Assembly (NCBI GenBank): GCA_030867685.1
Contig: JAQOWU010000007.1
Coordinates: 682,001 to 746,000 of the forward strand
Source of the DNA: Wickerhamiella versatilis
Lineage: Eukaryota
Direction of reading: 5' to 3'
Length of the DNA: 64,000 nucleotides
The notes beneath the pieces were generated by a model, which saw only the letters and a program-made list of their open reading frames with translations, was not told where the DNA came from and ran no database searches. Position numbers and translations under genes: made by a program. Below, one piece after another: positions 21,478 to 32,668 of the stretch. How positions within the stretch are numbered: the stretch's first letter is position 1; the number at the start of each line of letters is the position of its first letter.

Positions 21478-21916
21478 GTAGCTACTTGTATAATGCTTGG
21501 TAAGAAGTTCTGGGGCAAGCGACCTTGACTTGTCTGTGCTGACAAATTATCATCCCCCGCATAGCTTCTCAATCGGGGATCGGCAGTGATAAATTCGAAA
21601 ATCGGCCGAGACTGCAGGAATATCCCCTAAGGGACTTGAAATATTTTGATTTCCTTGCTCTGGATATATTAAAATTATTGAGACTTGGCTAAAAAGTTAT
21701 AGCAAATGAATTGCCGTCCAATTCCGCGATCACTACCCTTTGATGGTTAAAACCTTCAAGAATCAAATAATCCATGGAGGAGGTTGTTGAGAACGTTAAT
21801 GTTACCTATTATTGTTCCTTACAGACTCAGCAAAAACCAATAGTCTTTATTCGAGTGAGTTTAAATAAAATTTAGACCACCTTTGGAATAACACTAAAAT
21901 TACTAGACCAGCTAGC

Positions 21917-23737
21917 CTACATCAGAAAGAGTGCTTTTTGGTGAAGAATGCGGATACCAAGAAATTCCCACTCACGTCTAGATATCCACATTTCTTCCCC
22001 AATTTTTAGACGCGAATAAACTGCTGCCCCTTTCCATAGGATCATTGTCGGGTCGAGATCACGGGGAATTGGCAAAACGGCGATGTCACCATGATCCTTT
22101 GTGACCTTTGGAGCCCACATACCTAAGCGATCTGATAGCAAATTATGGAAATCAGGTATATTAGCACCTCCGCCCACTACCAACACATTTTCGTAATATG
22201 TTTTGGGTGAGCCCCCTGATTTTGTCGCCTGTGTTATTGATTCGACAATAGCATGATCAAGGGGGGCAACAACAGCCTTCCGAGGATCAAAAAGCTCCTC
22301 GGATTCAGTCTGAGGGTCTCCTGATTTAGGCCCTTGATTCTGGGTGCTTGACGGCTTGGTGTGAGCAGCATCGGGTGCTGGTGTCGATTTTGAATCTTCA
22401 TCATCAGTTCCTCCAACCTCAGACGCAGGTTCACTTCCAGGTTCTGCCGGTTTATTTGTGTTTGAGCTCAACTCGGATGCGAAAGACTGGCCATTCACAG
22501 CAAGTTGGCCATGACAGACATTGAGTTGGGCATCACTCAACTGATCATCAACGTGGCCTTCGTAAGGGTCGACTGGACGGTGAAAAAGCCTGTGTTTGTA
22601 GATTCTTTTTTGAGAATTAGAAAATAATTGAGGATAGAAAAGCCCAAGGACGGGTAGCATCACTTCATTGTAGACTTTAAAGTCAAATTTTCGTTGACCA
22701 ACCGTAGCCGAATAGAGCTGGATTTCAATATCATCATTATTTGCTGTGCAAAACTTCCTCTTAAGACTGTCCGAATCCTTATATGCCATGTCTTCGATCG
22801 GAAATGCGATCCGCTTAAGAAGCCTTGTGAAGGCCTCCGTAATATCATCACCGCCAATGTCCAAATATACACGCGAATGAGGCACACAAACGCCTTCATC
22901 AATACAAGCTATTTTGGTGGTCTCTGCACCGACATCCACTACACAGGCACTAGAAATTCCTGCCCCAAATGTCGCAGCTACCGATTCCTGCAGAATAAGC
23001 TGATGGCGAAATCCCAAATCGAACAATATTTGCATTATAGTTGAGATTTGGTTTCTATCAAATGTGTCAGGAACAAGAAGAACAGCGTCAGATTCCCTGG
23101 GATCCCTAGGCATGACGCATTGCAAGTATGTCGTGAGGTCATCAATGACTTGTTGAGAGCTAGCGTAGCAAGAATCCTCTGTGAGTCCACCCTGCTGCAG
23201 CAGCCATATTATGTTAAACTTGGAGCTATCAGTATTAAGAGCACCATAACCGTAAAAGGCTTCATCACCGACATCCTCATCATCGACTGATTCTCCTTTT
23301 TGACGTGCATTAAAATTGCTACACATCTCTGTGGCATTTTTAGCAACATTTATTTTATAAAACCGCATTCTTTCGCGAAAATCGGCCTCAGTTACTTCGA
23401 CAGCATGCTGCCACTCTGGAATATCGCCTTCTCTGGGATCTTGCTGCGGCTTCATTTCATCTTTTGGTTTTGCAATACAAAGAGGTATTTCTCGCGGATT
23501 TACATCACTAGCACACCCAATACGAAGGTATCGTGAGCCGAAATGAAGTACCACTGTGGATTCTGGCGTGAACTGCACATCCTCTGGCCGAGGCTGGTTT
23601 GCCAAAAGCTGAGCATCTCGCTTAAGATAACCAGTGAAATAGTTCTTCTGATTGATTGCCGGAACAAGGCGGAAACTTGTTTGACGCTGGCGGTTGTCCA
23701 CTTTATGCACCCGGGCCCCACCGCCTGTTGCTGACAT
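21917..23737 (-). CDS. ARP8: Actin-related protein 8 (INO80 complex)
   Basis: INQKNYFTGYLKRD, HFGSRYLRIG, QESVAATFGAGISSACVVDVGA, PRDLDP..WKG. Confidence 0.93.
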   Translation of the reverse strand: MSATGGGARVHKVDNRQRQTSFRLVPAINQKNYFTGYLKRDAQLLANQPRPEDVQFTPESTVVLHFGSRYLRIGCASDVNPREIPLCIAKPKDEMKPQQDPREGDIPEWQHAVEVTEADFRERMRFYKINVAKNATEMCSNFNARQKGESVDDEDVGDEAFYGYGALNTDSSKFNIIWLLQQGGLTEDSCYASSQQVIDDLTTYLQCVMPRDPRESDAVLLVPDTFDRNQISTIMQILFDLGFRHQLILQESVAATFGAGISSACVVDVGAETTKIACIDEGVCVPHSRVYLDIGGDDITEAFTRLLKRIAFPIEDMAYKDSDSLKRKFCTANNDDIEIQLYSATVGQRKFDFKVYNEVMLPVLGLFYPQLFSNSQKRIYKHRLFHRPVDPYEGHVDDQLSDAQLNVCHGQLAVNGQSFASELSSNTNKPAEPGSEPASEVGGTDDEDSKSTPAPDAAHTKPSSTQNQGPKSGDPQTESEELFDPRKAVVAPLDHAIVESITQATKSGGSPKTYYENVLVVGGGANIPDFHNLLSDRLGMWAPKVTKDHGDIAVLPIPRDLDPTMILWKGAAVYSRLKIGEEMWISRREWEFLGIRILHQKALFLM

Positions 23738-25130
23738 GAGAGTGAGGTCGTTTCACTGGAGTGCAAGGCTCTTAGGCTCCGAGGGTCTCCGTGATGCTCA
23801 GGAGATGCTTGGCTATGGATACTATCCACCAAGTAATATAATCTCTAAACGTGAGTATAATATATCACCTTCGCTTGTCAATTCTTACCGTCAGCAGATC
23901 CGAGGCGGGACCGGATTTCGAGACATTGCAATAATAAAACTACGCTCTGGGGATGGCGGAAATGGTAAAATCTCCTTTTTACGCGAGTCGGGGCGAGCAG
24001 TAGGTCCCCCGGATGGTGGTGACGGAGGTGAGGGTGGAAGAATTTATGTACAAGCACAAAACAATATAAGTGGACTGGGTCACCTTCGTCATATTTACAC
24101 AGCAGCAAACGGAAAATCAGGTGGTTCCACACAGCTTAGCGGCAAGAATGGCACCAACGTAGTGCTTCAGGTTCCTGTCGGCACTTCGATTTATTGGTCG
24201 CCTTCGCTGGATGATCTAAAGTCGGGTAATTTGACAACTACCGTTGACACGGTTCAAAACATATCAATCGGAAATGCTTCTTTGGACACTGCTATTCAGC
24301 TACACAGAGAATGTCATAAGGAAAATTGGTTGTTCAAGGAAAAAGATGAAGATTACTGGCGCCAGCAGCCCACATTCAAAAGACTTGCATCTCGGGTACA
24401 ACAACTCGATATTATATCACGTCGGACCGAGCGTGAAAGGGATATCTTCCCATTTCAAGGATTAGATCTTTCTACACCAAGTGATCCAATCCAGCTTCTC
24501 GGGGGTGGCATGGGTGGACTTGGAAATATGCACTTTCAGACACCTGAGTTGCGAAGCCCCCGTTTCGCCACGAAGGGTAGAGCCGGAATCGAGGGAACAT
24601 TCATATTTGAGCTTAAAATGCTAGCAGACGTAGGTCTTGTGGGATTGCCTAACGCTGGTAAATCTACACTGCTTCGAGCTATATCGGCCGCAAAACCACA
24701 GGTGGGTCATTGGGAATTTACTACGCTGGCTCCATCAATAGGGACTATATCACTAGGTTTGGGAGGGCCACAGTTCACTGTTGCGGATATTCCAGGTATA
24801 ATTGATGGTGCTTCAAAAAATAGGGGCTTAGGCCTTGGCTTTTTGAGACATATTGAAAGATCTAGAGGTATCACTTTTGTAATTGCATTGGATCGTGCAG
24901 ATCCCCGCGGTGACCTGGAAATTTTAATCTCCGAACTCGGAACAAGGATGAAAGACAAGAAGTGCCTTGTTGTGGCCACTAAGGCCGATCTACCTGGTAC
25001 AGAAACTGCGTATAATAACTTGAAATCCAGTCTCCCAGTCGGGTTTGATATCATTCCTTGTAGTGCCCAGGAAGGCGGAAACGTCGACGCAGTCATTGAG
25101 CGGATGGGTGCGATTGCCGGAGTTGAGTAG
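23736..25130 (+). CDS. MTG2: Mitochondrial Obg-family GTPase Mtg2
   Basis: First ATG at 23736 gives presequence-like MRVRSFHWSARLLG; Obg fold SGDGGNG..PPDGGDGGEGG; G-motifs GLPNAGKSTLL, FTTLAP, DIPG, TKAD. Confidence 0.92.
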   Translation: MRVRSFHWSARLLGSEGLRDAQEMLGYGYYPPSNIISKREYNISPSLVNSYRQQIRGGTGFRDIAIIKLRSGDGGNGKISFLRESGRAVGPPDGGDGGEGGRIYVQAQNNISGLGHLRHIYTAANGKSGGSTQLSGKNGTNVVLQVPVGTSIYWSPSLDDLKSGNLTTTVDTVQNISIGNASLDTAIQLHRECHKENWLFKEKDEDYWRQQPTFKRLASRVQQLDIISRRTERERDIFPFQGLDLSTPSDPIQLLGGGMGGLGNMHFQTPELRSPRFATKGRAGIEGTFIFELKMLADVGLVGLPNAGKSTLLRAISAAKPQVGHWEFTTLAPSIGTISLGLGGPQFTVADIPGIIDGASKNRGLGLGFLRHIERSRGITFVIALDRADPRGDLEILISELGTRMKDKKCLVVATKADLPGTETAYNNLKSSLPVGFDIIPCSAQEGGNVDAVIERMGAIAGVE

Positions 25131-25383
25131 TACAAATATTCATTGAGATGTATATAGTGTGGATGAGTGTATTTGAGTATTAATTTAGAGAAAACTATAA
25201 ATAAAAGAAATTTACCAGGTCTTGGCAACGTCTCGCTCAAAATAGCCCTAGCCGAGGTGTGTGGTGGTTGATGATGAGTATACTTTGCAAAATTGAAACT
25301 TATGAATATATTTTATGTTGTTCCAGATTTAAAATAATTAAGCAAATTTGATCGCCTGCGCCTGCACAGACTGCAAAAAAAAA

Positions 25384-26220
25384 CTAATAGTTCTCCAGAG
25401 AGAAGGCATCACTAGGGCGCCAAACTCTGGTGAAATTAGGATAACGACGTTTGTCGCTAAGATGAATTGATGGTGTTGCCGATGTGGATGGAGTTGCAAC
25501 ACTTTCAACACTTGTCAAGCTCGAGAGACTTGAGGAAGCGCTCAAACCAGGTGTTGCTATAGGAGTAACCTCTCTAGGCTTGGCTCTAATAGGCTTGGAC
25601 CGCATCTGCAAAGGACGGACTGGTTTCTGATAGAACGCCTGTGGCGGTGACTGCTCAAGACCCATTTGCATTTTAACCGGAAATAAGAGGGGAGCCAAGA
25701 AGTGGCATAAATCTTCCGTAGTGACTCTCAAATCCCAGTCGAGCAGACAAAGTAGCTGCTTCTCCATCAAATTAACTTCTGATATCGAAAACAATCCCTG
25801 TGTATACCGTGCCCAGTATTTATTTTTGGGGCTGCTATCGTTCACGTTCTTCGCTGCTAGAATAAGAGCAGCCAAGAACACTCTGTGACAAGTGCAGCTC
25901 ATGCCTTTAGCAGATGGAGGGAGCCTCGAGCGCAAGCGGGTTAGATATACCACCGATGTCATCAACGTCGGTGTCTGTACATGAGAACGTGAGACCAAGG
26001 TAAGAATAAATTGTCCCAGAGACTCGAGTGTCGGCTCAGGCGCCGACAGTTGTCCTTTTCCATTAAACTCACCAGCGGGTGAAGTAGGTGGAGTCGCAAG
26101 TGGTGAAGACTCACACCTAATAACTGTAAGTGTCGTCGAAGCGAGATAGGAAATCATCGCCTTAGACACTGGCTGGCGGATGAACACCTCGAGTGCAGAA
26201 GTGTCCATCGAAGATGACAT
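25384..26220 (-). CDS. PCL1: Pho85 cyclin, Pcl1/Pcl2 family
   Basis: ATG 26220; SHVQTPTLM..VYL.RLRS.LP..AKG, HRVFLAALILAAKNVNDSSPKNKYW, EVNLMEKQLL.LLDWDL. Confidence 0.88.
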   Translation of the reverse strand: MSSSMDTSALEVFIRQPVSKAMISYLASTTLTVIRCESSPLATPPTSPAGEFNGKGQLSAPEPTLESLGQFILTLVSRSHVQTPTLMTSVVYLTRLRSRLPPSAKGMSCTCHRVFLAALILAAKNVNDSSPKNKYWARYTQGLFSISEVNLMEKQLLCLLDWDLRVTTEDLCHFLAPLLFPVKMQMGLEQSPPQAFYQKPVRPLQMRSKPIRAKPREVTPIATPGLSASSSLSSLTSVESVATPSTSATPSIHLSDKRRYPNFTRVWRPSDAFSLENY

Positions 26221-26275
26221 CTGCGTCAAACAAAAATATAATATGCAGTTTGTTGGTAATGACAGGAGTGCCTGA

Positions 26276-26730
26276 TTTATATATATATGTAAGGGTCTTC
26301 TGGCGGCTGGAGCCCATGGAGGGAGGGGGCTGCGCGGGTTAGGTTTATGCGTGCGACCATTTTATCAGCCATCCTTTAGCCAATTTAATGACGCGCGCAG
26401 CAAAAGCATTTTTTTTAGGTGTAAACTCAAATATACTAACGTTTATTCAATAGAAGTTGTTTCACATGCGAAGTTAGATATGGGGTGGTTGGATGAGGGG
26501 ACCAGCCACAGTTTCCAAATTTCGCGAGTGCTCACGCGTTCGGCCCTCACCCTAACCCATTATTATATTACCTTCCAGCGTAGGCTTCATAAACCACTTT
26601 TTGCGGATCATGAATTATAAAAAAACTGTCTCATACTATTAATTCACTTTGTCTCCGCGTGGTTATTGCGCTTTTTCTTTGTTGATACTATAGTCCGAAA
26701 TAACTCCAACCCCTTTCAGTGACGCGACAG
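26276..26730 (-). promoter_or_regulatory. PCL1 promoter with TATA and G1/S (SCB/MCB) elements
   Basis: TATA-like tract ~26277-26288; ACGCG at 26391; TTTCGCG (SCB CGCGAAA, reverse) 26520-26526; ACGCGT (MCB) 26534-26539; further CGCG cores near 26656 and 26722. Pcl1/2 genes are known SBF/MBF targets. Confidence 0.6.
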
Positions 26731-27124
26731 GGCTGATTAATTTTGTGGGACTAGTTATCTCCTGTCTATTACGGCAATTTTTTTTAAACTTGGAATATTT
26801 GAACTCCCTAGACTTGAATTTTTTATTGCTGCCTGTGCACATAAATGATGCAACGCAATGCAAGAGCTTAGAACCACTTCGGGAAATGTCTTAGCTTAGT
26901 TGTTGAAGAAATATTTAATGTACGCAACTTATCCGCATTTACTTCCAGTGCATATCAGTTGACCATCGTAATTTACCGAGAAGCTCATAATGTGATTTAA
27001 GTAAACTTCTATCATTTAAACCTTCTAAAAGAAGTAGCGAAATTACTATTGTTACACAAGGTAAGGGTAAAACAACGGCAACTAGGGCCCACAGAGCAAA
27101 TTTTAGACACTTTATTAACGACGT

Positions 27125-28180
27125 CTAATTGCCCTTCTGCTCGGCGTTGCTGAACCAGAACGTCGATGAAATAACCATGGTAGCACCAAGGAGGAATACG
27201 GCAGTGATTGGCGTTCCAAATAAGTAATAAGAAGCCACGGCACTCAATAGAATTGACAACGATGTAGCAAAATTCTTGAGAATATTATCAGCGTATTTCA
27301 CCACAAGAGCTACAATAATTCCGCCTGCTGCCTGGAGGAAGATAACACACCAAACAATAGTTGTGTACCCAAAGAAGAAGCCCTTCTGCGTAACGTGCTC
27401 ATAGTCCTGGACCAAACAGCCAAGGAAAAACGCGGGGAACAACGAGTAGAAAGAGAGCTGGATATTACACACCCACAAACTCACGTTCTTGGAACCCTTT
27501 TTGAGGACCTTTTCAAAATAAATTCCGGCGAGTCCACTGAGAATACAGGCAATCGTCACCGCCATTAGCCCTACAACTTGAGTTCGAGCGCCCTCCTTGC
27601 TCGCGGTAGCGCTGCTGGCAGTTCCCTTGAAGAAGTCAGGGGGAAGCTGCACCACGGCAACACCAAGTGTCAGCAGCAAGAGAGCAAGCCATTGCTGCAA
27701 TTGGAGCCTCTTGTGTAATATAGTAACAGCAAAAAAAGCCGTGGTTAAGATCTTCAACTGATAAGTCACCTGGAAGGTTGCTGCCTCTAGGTTAGTGGCG
27801 GCAACATACTGCAAGTTGTTCTGCAAGGTGTATAGAGCAGCAGGAATTGCTAGCTTCCAGTGACCAGGGCCAAACGTCTCTGATAGTGTCTCTCTCCATC
27901 CCGAGTCGTAACACGACTTCGAAATGCATATTATGATTTTAAGAACCTCGTTCATCACGACAGCTGTCGCAGCACTATACTTTGCATCAACACGCGACTT
28001 CCTCATGGTCAGAATCAGAATAGAGCTCTGCAACATCAGCACAAGAAGGGCGGCATATTTGATTTTCTTGTTCTCCTGGGGAGGAGGAGCTGAAGGTACT
28101 GCTTCCCCAGCCTTTCCTTGGATGTTCTTTTCCAAGGTTTCCTCGATAGGCTTCGGTTCGTTGCTACCAGCAGAACTCAT
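27125..28180 (-). CDS. Nucleotide-sugar transporter, UDP-galactose type (SLC35A / S. pombe Gms1-like)
   Basis: AIPAALYTLQNNLQY, TFQVTYQLKILTTA, SGLAGIYFEKVLK, VVKYADNILKNFATS. Confidence 0.9.
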   Translation of the reverse strand: MSSAGSNEPKPIEETLEKNIQGKAGEAVPSAPPPQENKKIKYAALLVLMLQSSILILTMRKSRVDAKYSAATAVVMNEVLKIIICISKSCYDSGWRETLSETFGPGHWKLAIPAALYTLQNNLQYVAATNLEAATFQVTYQLKILTTAFFAVTILHKRLQLQQWLALLLLTLGVAVVQLPPDFFKGTASSATASKEGARTQVVGLMAVTIACILSGLAGIYFEKVLKKGSKNVSLWVCNIQLSFYSLFPAFFLGCLVQDYEHVTQKGFFFGYTTIVWCVIFLQAAGGIIVALVVKYADNILKNFATSLSILLSAVASYYLFGTPITAVFLLGATMVISSTFWFSNAEQKGN

Positions 28181-28795
28181 TCTTCGCGAGCTTCAAGGAC
28201 ACGAGATAGATCTTTGCTGACTAGGCGACTATTTAATACACGTGCAGTGGTTATGTGGCTCTGAACGGAATCTGCTAAGCCACAGTTTCAAAAATCATGG
28301 TAAAGAATTATTTATTTTTCCGGTATACAATTTAAATTGGTCAAGAAATGAATCTAGGTGTTCGTTTAACCCATTCCAAATATAATTTGTGAAAAAGTGC
28401 TTAGCCTACTATGAGTCATCAACATTCCGTCTGTCGCACGTCAAAGTAAGTAAGATTTGCAGCGGTTTCTTAAAATAAACGCAGATTGATTTCTGCCGTT
28501 TGAAAGACTGAGAATGTGAAGACGATTAGCTTATATCGCGTGGATATATAGCAATTAGCGACAACTATTTTTGATTTTTGACTTTTGATTCTCGCGTCTG
28601 ACAGATGTGTAAAATATTGCATAATGGGAAAGAGCTACGCCATTGATGACCCACAGGCCATTGCATGTGCGTATCCAAACCATCAGACGGTAAACCATTC
28701 AGCCTAATTTATTTATTGAAAACAATGCGTCTTACTTATAATAAATATTTACATTAAAGCACATATAGGCGGAATGTGACAAATTGTGACAACCT

Positions 28796-29815
28796 CTAGC
28801 TAACAGGAACGTCTTCCATGTCCTCGTCAACATCAACATCTTCCAGTTCTTCATCTGAATTACCAGTTCCTGGAGGAGCCTGTTGGACCATCGAAGCTAC
28901 ACTGGCACCTGAAGTTTGGAGTTGCTTAAATTCGTCACGTAGCCCATATTTGGATGCTTGAGGACCACGCTTTTTAAGGACAGCAATGGCCTCAAGCACA
29001 TCTCTGAGGTAAACCTCAGGTTGACGGGTACGCTCGCGAAGAGATTTAAGGGACCAATACTCGGATTGTTCGAATAGGCGAAACAACAAATCCAACAGTT
29101 CGTTCCGTGGGATACGTGTGGCCTTGCCTTCCTGGTTTCGTTGAATTGCCCTACGCTGCTGCTGTGGGCGGAGCCAAGAAGCCTTTTGAGCTCGTAAGGT
29201 AGCACCATACTTGACACCACCAACGCCAGCCGTACCGTCGAGAAGAGTAGTTTGGGTATCGGCCGTGGGAAGCTCCATTTGCCTGCGTTTGGCCAAAACC
29301 CGCGAATAGTCGGGGTCATTAAAGTCAGGTATCAAGTTGCACTCATGCGCGACTTGCCCAACCAGGGAAGTACGCTTAGGTGTCTGTTTCACCTGCGGTG
29401 TATATTTGTCGTAGTGCTGCTTCTGGCTATCCTGCTGTGGCTTGGTCCGCCTTGGCAAATCCTGCTCGCGGAATACAAATGCTGAATTCACTTGTGGATG
29501 GGTGACACCCAAATTGAAATTATGAGGAATATTTTGGAACGCCTTGAGATCATTCAGCTTCAGTCGCACTTTACCGACCGCTTGCTGCTGCTGGCGGATG
29601 CGAACCTTTCCAATTTCTTGGCCTGCAAGGCTCTGTTTGTCTTCTTTCAGGGCATCCATGAGATATCGAGGCATGCGCACGAGCCAGACTTTGCTATGGC
29701 TCTGTGAGGTATCGAGATCTAAAGAATCTTCATACCTGTCCTCATCTTCCATTCCTGGCTCTTGCTTCGGAGATCTTGGGCTCACACTAACGTCGCTCTC
29801 GAATCCACCTTCCAT
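28796..29815 (-). CDS. TFG2: TFIIF beta (middle) subunit
   Basis: KVWLVRMPRYL, G.VAHEC, winged helix RIPRNELLDLLFRLF..YWSLK.LRERTRQPE.YL. Confidence 0.92.
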   Translation of the reverse strand: MEGGFESDVSVSPRSPKQEPGMEDEDRYEDSLDLDTSQSHSKVWLVRMPRYLMDALKEDKQSLAGQEIGKVRIRQQQQAVGKVRLKLNDLKAFQNIPHNFNLGVTHPQVNSAFVFREQDLPRRTKPQQDSQKQHYDKYTPQVKQTPKRTSLVGQVAHECNLIPDFNDPDYSRVLAKRRQMELPTADTQTTLLDGTAGVGGVKYGATLRAQKASWLRPQQQRRAIQRNQEGKATRIPRNELLDLLFRLFEQSEYWSLKSLRERTRQPEVYLRDVLEAIAVLKKRGPQASKYGLRDEFKQLQTSGASVASMVQQAPPGTGNSDEELEDVDVDEDMEDVPVS

Positions 29816-30047
29816 CGCTAACGAGCGTTGCCTTGTCTTACTAAAGTAATACTAAGTCTGAAGACCTGGGCCCAGTTGGTAATAAACTGGAAACGGAAAT
29901 GAAAGAGGTTGATGATATCACTCGCTTAATTTAACAATTTCTGAATGACGCTGCTATTGAAAATTTCTAAGCACTCGTGGTCTTAATGTATTACTTTAGG
30001 CTGAGAAACAAGAAAATATATACACTGACTAATAAATATTTTTCTTT

Positions 30048-31223
30048 ATGCCTGCGAAGGTCGAAAAACTCGTTCTTGATGCGGGTCCATTAATCAACCA
30101 AACCAGAGAGGAAATACTTTCTAGAGCAAATGAAATCTATACCACGCCTTCTGTGCTGGCAGAGGTCAAGGATGAGTCTGCCCGTCAACGACTCGAACTC
30201 CTCCGGGACGATCTCAAAGTTAAGCAACCGTCTACCGACTCTTCAAAGTTCGTTAATAGTTTTGCAGCTAAAACCGGTGATTCTCTTGTATTATCAGTGC
30301 AAGATATAGAGATCATTGCATTAGCATATGAGCTTCATCCAAATAAGGAAGCACTACGCACTGCACCAGAAATAGCCAAGCCCACCAGTGGCAAAGCAGT
30401 GGTTCATCATCCGCAAAACAACGTGCCAACTGAAGATAAGGAGAAGGAGGAAAACGATGATGAATGGGAGGTTGTCAAACCAAAAGCCCGAGGGCGTAAG
30501 CAGCAAACACGCAAGCATCAACCACCACCACCACCAAAGCAGGAGGACAATTCAGAAAAGCCTCATGATGAGGATGACGATTCAGACTGGTCTGATGATG
30601 GCTGGATAACCACTGAAAACGTCCAAGAGAAACTAACACATGATGGTGCTGAAGTTTCCGAGCTGGACAAACCTGCTCCAGTCGCCTTGGCTTCCCGCGA
30701 CTTCGCTGTTCAGAATGTCACACTCCAGATAGGAATTATTCTTGTCAATGAGAACGGGCTGGTGGTGAAGCAACTTAAGAATTTCATGCAGCGCTGTCAT
30801 GCTTGCTTCAAGCTAATACCGTTGATAGGAAAGCCCCGTCAATTCTGTCCTCGTTGTGGTGGCCATACGCTTACAAGAGTGACAGTTTCTGTCAAAGATG
30901 GTAAACTTCAAGTTCATCTAAAGCGCAACATGCAATGGCATACGCGAGGTGATCGTTACTCGCTACCAAACCCGCAGTCGCGCCGTGCCCGCCGGCTCCA
31001 GCATGACGACAAAGTAGAATTATACGCCGAGGACCAGCCAGAATATGAAAAGGCGGTGAAGCATCAGAGCTGGCAGGAACGAAGGGATGCAAAGACCGTT
31101 GAGGATTGGACGGGCCCCACGTCTGTAGCTAGCGCAGTGTCACCATTCGCAATGAAAAGAGAACCGCGTCGGCAGGTCCGAGTGGGAAGAGGACGCTATG
31201 CCAATGCCGCGAAACGAAAGTAA
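30048..31223 (+). CDS. NOB1: 20S pre-rRNA endonuclease Nob1
   Basis: PIN domain LVLDAGPLI, TGDSLVLSVQD, DFAVQNV; Zn ribbon RCHACF..FCPRCGG. Confidence 0.95.
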   Translation: MPAKVEKLVLDAGPLINQTREEILSRANEIYTTPSVLAEVKDESARQRLELLRDDLKVKQPSTDSSKFVNSFAAKTGDSLVLSVQDIEIIALAYELHPNKEALRTAPEIAKPTSGKAVVHHPQNNVPTEDKEKEENDDEWEVVKPKARGRKQQTRKHQPPPPPKQEDNSEKPHDEDDDSDWSDDGWITTENVQEKLTHDGAEVSELDKPAPVALASRDFAVQNVTLQIGIILVNENGLVVKQLKNFMQRCHACFKLIPLIGKPRQFCPRCGGHTLTRVTVSVKDGKLQVHLKRNMQWHTRGDRYSLPNPQSRRARRLQHDDKVELYAEDQPEYEKAVKHQSWQERRDAKTVEDWTGPTSVASAVSPFAMKREPRRQVRVGRGRYANAAKRK

Positions 31224-31339
31224 TAGTCCACATAAATATATATATTGTTATATGTAGTCAACGAATGACTGAGTGCAAGCCAAGGTCGGATTAGTATGAG
31301 TAAGCATTTATTGTGCTTCTTGTCCTTGACTTTTTTCGC

Positions 31340-32668
31340 ATGGAGAACTTTCTTCAGTCAGTGAGCGACAACATAGAAAACATCCCTGGTTATGGAATTG
31401 TATCTGAATTGTATGAAGACAAGGCAGAAGAACACTTTCATACCAAGGATCCATTTTACCAGAAAGTTCCAGGAAAAGACGATAAGACAGTAAGAAGAAG
31501 ACCCCCCGATGGAATTACAGAAAAGCAGAGAAAGCTGTGGAAGAAAATCATCAAACGAGCCTGGTATCACGATCGAAATTTCTGCAATTGTACGCCATTG
31601 GACATAGGACTCGGCATGATCCCCGTTGTAAGTATATTCCCAATTATAGGGCCAATAATTGCATACTACATGCACGGAAAAATGACCAAGCTTGTCATCC
31701 AGGCTGGTGGACCTGCGTCTCTCGTAGCAAAGATGGCGGGAAACGTGGCTTCTGACTTTTTTATCAGTCTTATACCTGTGTTAGGCACAATCTTCTCGTG
31801 GATGTTTGCAGCGTCCACACGCAATGCAGCATTATTTGACACCTGGCTTCGTAAGTCTACTGCGCAATCAAGGAACAAACAAGAAGCTGTGGTCACAGGT
31901 CAAAGACAACAACAAGCAGCTCTACAGGCTGATGTCGCAAGAAGAAGAGCGCAGGGTGGTTATGAGCCTAGTTCTGACCCGCCCCCACCCCAAGCAGCAG
32001 CAAAACCAGGTACCGTGCAACATACTTATCAGCCCACCAATCCCTATGCAACGACAAGTTTTGAATCTAGAGGAATGCGAGAGGCACATCCTGGCTACTC
32101 ACCTGGCGTGAATAACCGTGTTCCATCACGGCCAGCACCACCTCCAGTGCCTGGTGTAAGTCCACGGGTGCCGCCGCAGAGCCCCCCACCACAACCACCC
32201 CCTCATGGTATCCCGCAAAGCCCCAGATATCAGTCGCCTTACTATAATTCGAGACAAGCACCATCGCAAGCCCTGCCTCAACAACCGCTAAATCATCAAT
32301 ACGTGCATGGGTCCCAGCAGGTCCCACAACAACGGTTGACGCCATCACATAGTATCCCCGACCAGGACCCGGAGGATGAGGACCTGGAAATGGCTATGCT
32401 GTTATCACGTCAGACTGCAGAAAAGGACGAGGAAAGAAGAAGGATGGCGGGAATCAATGGGTCTGGTGGCATGTTTCAGACTCAGCCTCCGCTTCACCAG
32501 CATGCATACCATCAGAACCCAAGTCCATCTTCGCATTCCACAACGCATCATGCTGTAGAGTCACAGCATCATAAAGTTCACCGGCGTCCTGTGCCAAATA
32601 TGCACAACTATCCTGCTCCAAACACTTTACACATGCCATCTCCTTCTCTCGATAATACCTATAACTAA
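31340..32668 (+). CDS. DUF4112-like membrane protein with long Pro/Gln-rich tail and UIM
   Basis: ATG 31340; KDPFY, KRAWYHD, PIIGP, KMAGNVASDFFISLIPVLG..TRNAALF; UIM-like EDEDLEMAMLLSRQ. Confidence 0.75.
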   Translation: MENFLQSVSDNIENIPGYGIVSELYEDKAEEHFHTKDPFYQKVPGKDDKTVRRRPPDGITEKQRKLWKKIIKRAWYHDRNFCNCTPLDIGLGMIPVVSIFPIIGPIIAYYMHGKMTKLVIQAGGPASLVAKMAGNVASDFFISLIPVLGTIFSWMFAASTRNAALFDTWLRKSTAQSRNKQEAVVTGQRQQQAALQADVARRRAQGGYEPSSDPPPPQAAAKPGTVQHTYQPTNPYATTSFESRGMREAHPGYSPGVNNRVPSRPAPPPVPGVSPRVPPQSPPPQPPPHGIPQSPRYQSPYYNSRQAPSQALPQQPLNHQYVHGSQQVPQQRLTPSHSIPDQDPEDEDLEMAMLLSRQTAEKDEERRRMAGINGSGGMFQTQPPLHQHAYHQNPSPSSHSTTHHAVESQHHKVHRRPVPNMHNYPAPNTLHMPSPSLDNTYN

